Positions 27,424 through 35,603 of a stretch of DNA of 59,217 bases are shown piece by piece. The translations under genes were made by a program, and so were the position numbers. This stretch comes from a virus (Duplodnaviria; Caudoviricetes). Numbering within the stretch: the first letter of the stretch is position 1; every line of letters starts with the position of its first letter. Where the stretch lies: positions 1-59,217 of the IMG/VR virus record IMGVR_UViG_3300021088_000013. The stretch is one strand, 5' to 3'. The notes beneath the pieces were generated by a model. The model was not told where the DNA came from. It saw only the letters and a program-made list of their open reading frames with translations, and searched no databases.

Positions 27424-27765
27424 TTATCCCCAGGCCCTAGGAGGGACTAGCGGCGGGAATGGTGTGGATGGTATCGGGATGCGGTTCGGGCAATACACCC
27501 TGGACGCCATGGTCTGGAGAGCGTAGAAAACTCCCGGGTTAAACGTTCCGACACCTTCCCCGATGAGAGCCATCCCGGCCTGCTTGCGACCGGGTTCATC
27601 GCCTACGCAGTAAGCCGCCGCATACGCCAGCAGGTCGCCATCCTGTCCGCCGATACCGTTACCGTGAACCATGCCGAGGTACTGTTGATCCTGGCCCGGA
27701 TCGGCAGCAGCGGTCGGCGCCAGAAGAACTGCAGCAGTGACTAAACCAACTAATACAATCTTCAC
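27424..27765 (-). CDS. secreted DUF732-like protein
   Basis: Signal peptide (APTAAA-DP); DQQYL...YC...ASRVYCP. Confidence 0.75.
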   Translation of the reverse strand: MKIVLVGLVTAAVLLAPTAAADPGQDQQYLGMVHGNGIGGQDGDLLAYAAAYCVGDEPGRKQAGMALIGEGVGTFNPGVFYALQTMASRVYCPNRIPIPSTPFPPLVPPRAWG

Positions 27766-28538
27766 GACTGCCCTTTCGAGTATTTCTGGCAGTACGCCGT
27801 CTCGGCAGCTTTAACTTGCACAGATGCGCCGTTCCATCCCATCTCAGGGTGTGAGGTGGCTTCGATCTCGATCACCTTCGACTCTGGCATGCCTGATGCT
27901 AGGGCACCGCAGACAGTGTGTCCATAGTCAATGGCATCATCTGTGCTGTATATCGAGATGCTGCCCTGCTTCAAAAGCGCAAGGTAAACACTGTTCGCAT
28001 GAGCAGTACCGTCTTCTGCCGCTATCTTCATCCCCTGGCTGACCACTAAATCCTGCTTCGGCATAGCATTCGGCTGAACACCGGGACTATTGACAATCTC
28101 CGGGACTGGCGGGGAGTCTGGTGCCGGCTGTTGCCAGGATTCGTGCGGCCCGCGGTAAGCGGAAGTTAGTGCGATCACGGCGCCTACTGTCGAGGCTGCA
28201 ATCAACAGCGCTAGTGATGCGGTAGTTAGCCAGCTGCGTCGCTGTTCGGGTTCGGGATGCTCCTCCGGCGCCTGCTCGGTAGACCAAGCGAGCTCGGGGT
28301 CGTAGTTGGCGGCAAAGTAGCGGGAATGTGTCTGTTTAATGGTGTCCAAGGAGTTGGCGGTTAGTACAGCAACCTCAATATCAGGGTCTTTATCTTGTTC
28401 AAGGATGAACCGTTGCTCCATTGCCTCATGCACGTTGATGTACTCCGTCAATGTATAAAGCTTCCCCGTGGGGCGGTGATACTCGAGCAGAAAGTGCTTC
28501 ATAGTTCGGCTCATGTCATCCGTGTCGATGTCAGTCAT
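27762..28538 (-). CDS. Membrane protein: toxSAS-antitoxin-like N-domain, TM, DUF732
   Basis: HFLLEY...IEVAVLTANSLDTIKQTHSRYF; TM; YLALL...GHTVCGAL...AETAYC. Confidence 0.75.
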   Translation of the reverse strand: MTDIDTDDMSRTMKHFLLEYHRPTGKLYTLTEYINVHEAMEQRFILEQDKDPDIEVAVLTANSLDTIKQTHSRYFAANYDPELAWSTEQAPEEHPEPEQRRSWLTTASLALLIAASTVGAVIALTSAYRGPHESWQQPAPDSPPVPEIVNSPGVQPNAMPKQDLVVSQGMKIAAEDGTAHANSVYLALLKQGSISIYSTDDAIDYGHTVCGALASGMPESKVIEIEATSHPEMGWNGASVQVKAAETAYCQKYSKGQS

Positions 28539-28702
28539 GATGCGCCGCTCCGATAGCCCTGGACGTACGCTTCGTCTAGCTGTTTACGTGCAGCAAGTAG
28601 CTCAGCCATGAGGCGCCCCATTACCTCAGCTCCGTTCCAGAAACTTCCGTAGGTCTCGTACTCCCACAACTCACGTTCGCCGAGAGCTATGACGTCATCC
28701 AT
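28535..28702 (-). CDS. small protein (DDVI...AELLAAR family)
   Basis: Hand-translated MDDVIALGERELW...LMAELLAARKQL; leaderless start. Confidence 0.65.
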   Translation of the reverse strand: MDDVIALGERELWEYETYGSFWNGAEVMGRLMAELLAARKQLDEAYVQGYRSGAS

Positions 28703-28760
28703 GTCAATCACTCTACGGCCCTGTCAACATCTTGTCAACACTATGTGGTACAGTGTCGGC
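28702..28760. promoter_or_regulatory. Back-to-back leaderless promoters with TGTCAA repeats
   Basis: Minus strand: TTGACA-17-TAGAGT-7-ATG(28702). Plus strand: TGG-TACAGT-6-ATG(28761). TGTCAA at 28702, 28722 and 28733. Confidence 0.7.
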
Positions 28761-28934
28761 ATGGACACGCCACGAGCTAACCAATGGCAGATGATCAAAA
28801 GGAACGACGACTGGTACCTGCTGATTCCGGATTTCTGGAAGCTACCGCTACCGGTTCACCCTTCCGATGTACCAGACGGCCTACTGGCTCGTGCGGACGC
28901 GTACCCAATAGGTAAGGGGGCACTCGATGGCTAG
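28761..28934 (+). CDS. small protein sharing the primase-helicase linker motif
   Basis: MDTPRANQW...VHPSDVPDGLL. Confidence 0.7.
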   Translation: MDTPRANQWQMIKRNDDWYLLIPDFWKLPLPVHPSDVPDGLLARADAYPIGKGALDG

Positions 28935-29133
28935 CATACGTGAACGCCCCCGGGCTAACGGAAGAACCGCCTACGCGGTGCTCTACCGCGAGAACGGGCG
29001 GCAACACTCTAGAACCTTCTCTACCCGGGCGCTCGCCTCGGGGTTCCTACATCGCCTAGAGACCGAGCGCTCGCGGAGGAAATACCTTGAAGCACTCAAT
29101 GCACTAAAACTACACGAGGTCAGATCGGGTTAG
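28927..29133 (+). CDS. Stand-alone tyrosine-integrase N-terminal arm-binding domain (remnant)
   Basis: MASIRERPRANGRTAYAVLYRENGRQHSRTF resembles integrase N-termini; no catalytic domain follows. Confidence 0.7.
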   Translation: MASIRERPRANGRTAYAVLYRENGRQHSRTFSTRALASGFLHRLETERSRRKYLEALNALKLHEVRSG

Positions 29134-29244
29134 TGACTAAATGCTCATCCGTAGGGTGATGCCACCCCCGCTGTGGGTCCCAGCGGGAAGCTATACCCCA
29201 CGTTTCCCACGGCTCAGGAACGACACTCGGTATAGAGTCCACAA

Positions 29245-30066
29245 TTATAACGCCTGTATCTTTTTGGCATCAGCCTGAAGATCCGCCCAACCCAAGCCCT
29301 CAAGATCTACCCCATTTTTAAGCTTCTCTTGAGTCACATAAACCAAAACCGTCATCGCCGCGGCCTGTAATCCAGAAACGGTAATCGGATGCTCCTCACC
29401 CCAAGTGACAACGTCCGCGGAGTACTGACCGTTGTCATTCTCGCGCGCCACGACAGATACGTAATGACCGCCTACGATATCTTGGACGTGATAATCTGCT
29501 CCATCCCATGGCTTACCTGCTTCGAAATCACGTTCCCAGGTTTTAGTGACTTGAATACCTAGGCCAATTCCGTCGAACAGCCACGCTGCGTACCAAAACT
29601 GATCCATATTCAGATGACCAGGTGTGCAGTCTAGCTCCAGCGCTGCGCCGATGTAGTGACGCTGTCCACTAGCATCAAGAATGCCATGCTGTATTCTCAT
29701 CTGCGCAGCATGCAACATGTCGCAACCATGATCGGTTTCAGGGCGCCCAGGCTGGTAACCGCCGATTTCCTCATAATTTTTCAGCGTGCAGGCGTTATTG
29801 AACATAGCCATTCCTGCATTGCTTTCTGCGGTCCATAGCATAGTCTCATGGGCTGCTCCTGCGACCACACAGCATCCCAGGGTGTCGTTCATCAGCATTC
29901 CCCATGGACTAGTAACCATGTTCATGTGCCCAAATGCACCGGCAGGGATGGGCGGGAGCGCCGTGACATCCATGTAGTCGCGCAGCTTCAATCCCCACTT
30001 GCGCCCAGGTGCCGGCAGTCGAAGACCGTATTGCCCCACTATTCGTGGCATAGAAAACCCTTTCAT
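29245..30066 (-). CDS. papain-like (C1-type) cysteine peptidase
   Basis: NDTLGCCVVAG...GGHYV...VVTWG. Confidence 0.75.
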   Translation of the reverse strand: MKGFSMPRIVGQYGLRLPAPGRKWGLKLRDYMDVTALPPIPAGAFGHMNMVTSPWGMLMNDTLGCCVVAGAAHETMLWTAESNAGMAMFNNACTLKNYEEIGGYQPGRPETDHGCDMLHAAQMRIQHGILDASGQRHYIGAALELDCTPGHLNMDQFWYAAWLFDGIGLGIQVTKTWERDFEAGKPWDGADYHVQDIVGGHYVSVVARENDNGQYSADVVTWGEEHPITVSGLQAAAMTVLVYVTQEKLKNGVDLEGLGWADLQADAKKIQAL

Positions 30067-31163
30067 TAATAAGCGAGAATTTCCACAGTCGCTCCGCGAT
30101 ACTGAAGACCACTTGGACTAGTATTGGAAACCTGGGTAACTGACCCATCAGTGATGGTGATATTTTTAGTGTCAATGCAAGTTCCACCCCAAGTCCCAGA
30201 GATAGATGAGGCTTGCATTGTGTATCCGCTTGGAGCTGCATTCCAAGTAGCCCAGCTATTTCCAGGTCGTAGACCAAAGAAATGTAGCAGTATGGAAGTC
30301 CCGTCGGCGTGGGTTTCAGTGATAGAAGGCGCAACGGCTCCTGTTGAGGATGCCGTTCCACCTGAGTTTGCGTGCCCACCCAACGGGGTAGCAGCCGGGG
30401 ATCGCACTACCGCTGCGATCATAGAATCAACATTTGTCCAAGTTCCGGATGTGTGATTATTTGCCGTGGCAACAAAATAGTAAGTGGCTGATGAGCAAGA
30501 ACTTGTCCCCGTTGCGTTAGAGTCGATACTTACCCAAGATGGAACAGTCCCGGATGCCGATGGTGCCGTGGGAAGGGTATTGTTAGCTCCGGAAAAAACG
30601 AAAATAACAATGATATCACCAGTTGTATGACCAGGTATAGCCACTGTAGTGGTATTAGCAGCATTAGCACCTCCAAACACTAGCGGCGCAGGCTGGTATG
30701 AGTTTATAACAATCCAATAAGTTCCGTCATTGATTAGCCTCATAGCGCCACCTGGTACCAATGGAACGGATGTTCCCGTAGTGCGCTGCTGATAAATACT
30801 ATCGCTACCGGCTCGCTGCAATGTTACTGATAATGAACCTCGGTTATATAAGTCTAGTATGAATCCGGTGTTACCGCTTACGGACGGGAGTGTCCAGGTA
30901 GATGTTGTTGAACCAGTGTAGACGTAAGCTTGATTTGAGCTGGTTAATGTCAAAGATGATGCTGAACTGGTTAACACAGTTTTAGCACTCTGTGCTGGAA
31001 CAATGAGTCCAGATGAGTTTAGACCAGCATATCCACTAGCGGCACCTTTATTTGAGGTTAACTCGATTCCAGCCGCTGCTAAAGTTGCCTGGCCAGTTCC
31101 ACCATTAGCTACTGGAAGTGTTCCCTTTACCTGCTCAGTTAGATTGATATCAGTAAGAGCCAT
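30066..31163 (-). CDS. tail fibre / minor tail protein
   Basis: GTLPVANGGTG and NKGAASGYAGL motifs; S/T/G-rich. Confidence 0.7.
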   Translation of the reverse strand: MALTDINLTEQVKGTLPVANGGTGQATLAAAGIELTSNKGAASGYAGLNSSGLIVPAQSAKTVLTSSASSLTLTSSNQAYVYTGSTTSTWTLPSVSGNTGFILDLYNRGSLSVTLQRAGSDSIYQQRTTGTSVPLVPGGAMRLINDGTYWIVINSYQPAPLVFGGANAANTTTVAIPGHTTGDIIVIFVFSGANNTLPTAPSASGTVPSWVSIDSNATGTSSCSSATYYFVATANNHTSGTWTNVDSMIAAVVRSPAATPLGGHANSGGTASSTGAVAPSITETHADGTSILLHFFGLRPGNSWATWNAAPSGYTMQASSISGTWGGTCIDTKNITITDGSVTQVSNTSPSGLQYRGATVEILAY

Positions 31164-31175
31164 GTTAGGCGCTTA

Positions 31176-32225
31176 TCACTTCCAGTAGTAGGCTCGGAGC
31201 TTATCCCCTGTGGCTGGTGCAAATAACATAGTGATTGAACTTCCACTGATTGTATAATCATTTCCAGATCCAGGTTCCAAAAGGGTTCCGTTTAAATACA
31301 GCATAACTGGATTTGTGACATTAGAGTTTGGTGTGTTGGCTAAAGTAAAAGCAGTATTTGATCCGTTCACTGTTCCGGATGGAGTTTCCGTAGAAACCCA
31401 ATTGGAAGGTGCCATATAGTCAGTTCCAGCTGTAGCAGCGGATATCACAGTTCCATTGCCTTTTAAAACTCCAGTTATGGTTGTTGTTAAGGTAATGGAT
31501 GGTGTTGTTGAAGCATTGGCTACAGTTCCGGCGAATCCATTAGCGGAAACTACCGAAGCTGTAGTTACAGTACCTGAACTAGAGGAGTTAAATTTACCCC
31601 ACTGCATATTAGTGGTGCCATAGGTGAATGCTGTATCTGGACTGGCAGGATCCAGAACAATGTAACCCGCGCCCTTATTGGCGGTTCCTTCATCGCAGAA
31701 CACGAACTTACCCGATGGCTGAACGCCTGTAGATAGGGGAGTATTGGAGGTGGAGTCGCGAGTTACAGTCAGATTGGTAGTAGTTCCAATGATACTGTAC
31801 ACGCCATTAGCAGGTTGGTCGGTTCCGGCTCCTCCCGAATCCGCTGAACCAACACCCGTTGCCGAGGGCGCGTTCTTGATGAGAATACGATCACCGATAG
31901 TCCACGTAGTGACACCGTCAATGTTAGTTCCAGCTATTTGTGTAACAGACCCAGAGGCAATTGTGAAAGTCTCTGAGCCAGTTGTCATCGCTTGGACACT
32001 AATTAATGGAGAAAGGCCCTGTAACAGGTTTTGGGCTTGTGACAAAGTTATGTAGTCATTAGCTGAAGTGCCATTGGCACCCCCCGTTATCTTGTGGCCG
32101 CCCATATCCTGATTGCCGCTAAATGCGTTACTGCCTGCTGCGACAATTATAGAAGAGTCTACTTGAGTATGGGTTACTGATCCGGATTTTATTTGTTCTG
32201 ATCCGTTGATCTGCGTTTGAGTCAT
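31176..32225 (-). CDS. virion structural / tail protein
   Basis: GDRILIKN...NGVY; C-terminal ETPSGTVNGSNTAFTL module. Confidence 0.7.
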   Translation of the reverse strand: MTQTQINGSEQIKSGSVTHTQVDSSIIVAAGSNAFSGNQDMGGHKITGGANGTSANDYITLSQAQNLLQGLSPLISVQAMTTGSETFTIASGSVTQIAGTNIDGVTTWTIGDRILIKNAPSATGVGSADSGGAGTDQPANGVYSIIGTTTNLTVTRDSTSNTPLSTGVQPSGKFVFCDEGTANKGAGYIVLDPASPDTAFTYGTTNMQWGKFNSSSSGTVTTASVVSANGFAGTVANASTTPSITLTTTITGVLKGNGTVISAATAGTDYMAPSNWVSTETPSGTVNGSNTAFTLANTPNSNVTNPVMLYLNGTLLEPGSGNDYTISGSSITMLFAPATGDKLRAYYWK

Positions 32226-32242
32226 TTCTTAGTTATCTTTCT

Positions 32243-32698
32243 CTAACCGATCCAATAGTCAATGGTAAGCTCATCACCTGGTATCGGAGCCGAGTCGAAA
32301 ACTATACCATCACTTCCAGATTCAGTGACATAAAACTCACGTAATCCGTTACGGTAAACAGCTATCGTATTAGGGCGATAATTATTGACTGTACTAAAAG
32401 TAGAGTTTATACCATCTATTGTCCCGCTTGGTATTTCGCCTATGATTTGCGCCCCAGTGCCAGGAATACCAGGATTACCTTGTGGTCCCTTAACTGGGAT
32501 ATAAATAGCCAGAGATGGTATTGGCGCTTGTACATTAATTGTAGGAGGTAACGGTTGCTTAACAATGGTATTGGGAATCGTTAAAACATTGACAATCTGA
32601 TCCGCTTCTGGAGCTTGCGCTATCATAGGTGGTGGCATAGGTGCTGCCACCACCACATTCGCTCCATCCGGAGGAGGCAAAGTTAACTGATCAGTCAT
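32243..32698 (-). CDS. virion structural protein
   Basis: Short collagen-like stretch plus GEIPSGTIDGINSTF module. Confidence 0.65.
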   Translation of the reverse strand: MTDQLTLPPPDGANVVVAAPMPPPMIAQAPEADQIVNVLTIPNTIVKQPLPPTINVQAPIPSLAIYIPVKGPQGNPGIPGTGAQIIGEIPSGTIDGINSTFSTVNNYRPNTIAVYRNGLREFYVTESGSDGIVFDSAPIPGDELTIDYWIG

Positions 32699-33056
32699 TA
32701 CGTATCACAACACCTTTCATCCACACATAAGTGTCTGATGGTTCAGGAGACATTGATGGATATGTAGTTACTACGCGCACAAAAGCGCCCCCGGGAATGC
32801 TATCAGTATCAGATCTTGGGCCACGCAATATTACACTATCCCCGTTAAAAGTTGCACTCCAACTATACAATAGTGTCCAACCAGTAATTGGTGTTGTTAT
32901 ATCAGTTGTGGAAGGGTAAATGTTTACTACTATAGTCGTACCAATGGGGAAAACTGGAGATTGCGCCCCCGGTGCTGGGTCTATCTGTACCACCCAATCC
33001 TGTCCGCGTGTTAGGGACATCTGGATATAAATTGGGGTGTATCCCAATTGCAGCAT
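32691..33056 (-). CDS. tail-associated protein (LtfC-like)
   Basis: LGYTP...LTRGQDWV...WMKGVVIR. Confidence 0.6.
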   Translation of the reverse strand: MLQLGYTPIYIQMSLTRGQDWVVQIDPAPGAQSPVFPIGTTIVVNIYPSTTDITTPITGWTLLYSWSATFNGDSVILRGPRSDTDSIPGGAFVRVVTTYPSMSPEPSDTYVWMKGVVIRND

Positions 33057-33307
33057 TAGGTTACCGCTGCTTTCTGTCTAGCCTCTTGATTTTTGATGAT
33101 GCGCAACGCCTTAGCACGTTTCAAAAGCGCCTGCTGCGCACCCAAAACCTGCTGCAACTGCCACACGAGTTCAGCATGTAGCCACGCCATGGTAGCTATG
33201 TGATGCTGCTGAGTTGAAACAACCGTATCTAACTGCTGTAGTAGCTCAGCGTGCAGCCATGTCAGATAATCTACATCATGCTCAAGATCCCGAGAAATAC
33301 TCATCAT
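33056..33307 (-). CDS. hypothetical protein with internal duplication
   Basis: WLHAEL..QL..V occurs twice. Confidence 0.55.
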   Translation of the reverse strand: MMSISRDLEHDVDYLTWLHAELLQQLDTVVSTQQHHIATMAWLHAELVWQLQQVLGAQQALLKRAKALRIIKNQEARQKAAVT

Positions 33308-33657
33308 GAAGCTACCCCAGTGAAATCTCCGGCGTTTACGTTATACTGCCCTAGACCGTTAAACGCCGGATCTGCTGTAGCAGCCATAGGGAACTCTCCT
33401 CGGAACGTTCCGTCTGTAGACCATAGCGTCACTGAGTACACCGGACCTGATGGTGCCCCCCCGGTAAAGCTAACCTGGGCTGCGAGGCTAAAATTACCAA
33501 GACCGGTCGGTGTAGTCCATGTAGGTGTTTTCGGAGCAGCCGTGGTGAGATTGGCGGTTCCATTTACACCGGCAGGACCAGAATGCAGCTTCATGATGTT
33601 AAAGAGTGCAACTATAGAGTTAGCACCTTCGATCATTGAAGAGTTATTTAGCCCCAT
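33304..33657 (-). CDS. minor tail protein
   Basis: KLHSGPAG...D.AFN..GQY. Confidence 0.65.
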   Translation of the reverse strand: MGLNNSSMIEGANSIVALFNIMKLHSGPAGVNGTANLTTAAPKTPTWTTPTGLGNFSLAAQVSFTGGAPSGPVYSVTLWSTDGTFRGEFPMAATADPAFNGLGQYNVNAGDFTGVAS

Positions 33658-33662
33658 GACAA

Positions 33663-34253
33663 TCAGTTAAGACCAAATGCCAACAATTGGTGCAGCGTAA
33701 CCGAGTTAGACGCATTTGAAGTACCACAAGCGCACGTAAAGTTAAGGTAATTGGTAACCGAGGTATCGAGTGTTGCCACGGTACCAGGTGACGTGCCTCC
33801 ACCCCAAACCGCCCAACCCGAGCCGGTAAGTCCACCTATGGAAAGCATCCCCATTGCCTTAATGGTCGAATTAGCTCCAGCGGCGCCGATAGCCGAGAGC
33901 ACTAGATCTACTTCGAATTCCCATGGAACACCCGTAAGAGACGCCGCGAAAGTGTTGGCAGCAGTTCCGGCTAACAGCGGCGCTGCGCTGACATTGGCGG
34001 CTGTACCGCCGCGGAGGTTGAACTGAAGTGTCGGAGCGCTTCCCGCAGTAGATAGGACTCCTCGTGCAACGACACGAATACCTCGTCCCACCTGGGACTG
34101 GTTGGGCAACCAGAAGTCGGGCGGTAGGTGCGGCTGAACACCCATGGTAGCAGTGGTATTCAGCTGCGCTTCGGTAGTAAAGGAGGAAAGCGTTGCACCG
34201 CTAGCGGTCGATGCGTAAAGCATCTCCGTTACCGACCCTGTTTGAAAGCTCAT
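33663..34253 (-). CDS. minor tail protein
   Basis: Beta-rich ORF in the tail operon; AAAGG SD. Confidence 0.65.
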   Translation of the reverse strand: MSFQTGSVTEMLYASTASGATLSSFTTEAQLNTTATMGVQPHLPPDFWLPNQSQVGRGIRVVARGVLSTAGSAPTLQFNLRGGTAANVSAAPLLAGTAANTFAASLTGVPWEFEVDLVLSAIGAAGANSTIKAMGMLSIGGLTGSGWAVWGGGTSPGTVATLDTSVTNYLNFTCACGTSNASNSVTLHQLLAFGLN

Positions 34254-34305
34254 TGCTATGGTGCCTTTCTTGTGTACTTGAAGCTAGTTGACATACTAGC
34301 CTGAT

Positions 34306-35277
34306 TTATAAGACAGGTACGGCTATACCACCCCAGGCCGTAGCTCCAGAGTTTGATTCAGTAAATGATACACCAGCAGCACCAGGAGCGTACCCAATTG
34401 TAGTTGGGTAGTTATTAGCACCTGGGGATGGATTATATACACTGGTCTGGTTGTATGCACTGTTTGTTGTTCCGTTACTGTTACATCCAAACATTTGGAA
34501 TATTTGCTGTCCAGAAGCTGCGGATGCCGATAAAGCCATACTCGTTCCGGAACCACTCGCGGTAACTACTGAATCAAATCCAATAACACCGCTAAATGAA
34601 ATCGAATTAGTGGCTAACTGCGCGGTCTGTGTACTGGTTATGGCTATGGCCTGTAGTCCCGTAGGGGGGGACTGAAGACCGAACAAAGCAAGATAGAACC
34701 ATGCTGCAACTGTACTATATTGAAATGTGGTTCCAAGTTGAACCATTGGAGTTCCACTTACCCCACCAACCTTAGCCGTAAATACTGGCACAGTTGAATT
34801 CCCACAAACCGCATGTATCCCCAAAACTATGCCATTTCCGACAATAGTGTGATTCTCACTCCAGCTTGTAGTGGCTCCTGTTGTTCCAGCTCCAGCTGAG
34901 TCAAAAACAACAGGAATTGAAGATGATGAAAGAATTGGACTGCCGAGCTTAAACGGCCTCAAAATTGGATATGTTCGTCCAGTAGGATTAGGTATATATA
35001 TCTTAGTCCTAGCCCCTTTCCCTGGGTCACCATATTCATCTACCAGAGGACGTGTTAAAATTTTCCCACCAGTCATAGCCTGTCTTAAAGGCGTCAAAAT
35101 AGGGTAAGTAAGATTACCGCTATTTGGCAATATGATCGACCTTTTAGCACCATAGACTAGTGGTATTTGTCCAACAAAATGTCCAGTCCATCCATACGTC
35201 TCAGTGAACGTTCCGGCACGTCCGCTACGCACCCACCACCCAGGTTGCGGGGGGATGACAGATTCAGGCTGTGTCAT
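34306..35277 (-). CDS. minor tail protein
   Basis: PGWW start; VVFDSAGAG beta-domain. Confidence 0.7.
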   Translation of the reverse strand: MTQPESVIPPQPGWWVRSGRAGTFTETYGWTGHFVGQIPLVYGAKRSIILPNSGNLTYPILTPLRQAMTGGKILTRPLVDEYGDPGKGARTKIYIPNPTGRTYPILRPFKLGSPILSSSSIPVVFDSAGAGTTGATTSWSENHTIVGNGIVLGIHAVCGNSTVPVFTAKVGGVSGTPMVQLGTTFQYSTVAAWFYLALFGLQSPPTGLQAIAITSTQTAQLATNSISFSGVIGFDSVVTASGSGTSMALSASAASGQQIFQMFGCNSNGTTNSAYNQTSVYNPSPGANNYPTTIGYAPGAAGVSFTESNSGATAWGGIAVPVL

Positions 35278-35603
35278 GGCTGTAAATTGTTATCTGTAAC
35301 TACTTTAGTGATTTGCGCACTTAATGCCGAATTTTGTTGATCAACATAAGCCTTAGTCACCAATATCTGACTATCGACATAGGTTTTAGATGTACCAAGT
35401 ACTGCTGTAATCTGATTGTCTACATATGTTTTTATTGCCGCTTTAGCTACGTCTGTATAATTTTTAGCCCAGGACTGTACGGCTGTATGAATAGCATCAG
35501 CATAGTTCTGTGCCCAGTTTTGCGCTGCATCCTGAGCCGCATCTGCCATATCCTGCAGCAGCGCTCGCCGAACCCGAATACGATCACCCAATGGATCTGT
35601 CAT
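35274..35603 (-). CDS. tail-associated coiled-coil protein
   Basis: Three KxYVD repeats. Confidence 0.65.
   Translation of the reverse strand: MTDPLGDRIRVRRALLQDMADAAQDAAQNWAQNYADAIHTAVQSWAKNYTDVAKAAIKTYVDNQITAVLGTSKTYVDSQILVTKAYVDQQNSALSAQITKVVTDNNLQP

Noticed and set aside
28853-28879. attP core matching a tRNA 3' end
   Set aside because: Begins with GGTTC but lacks the T-arm/acceptor pattern; both copies are in-frame coding sequence.
29121-29243. Possible 40-aa minus ORF and CCCGCTG/CAGCGGG hairpin
   Set aside because: No SD or motif support; cannot distinguish a terminator from a chance ORF.
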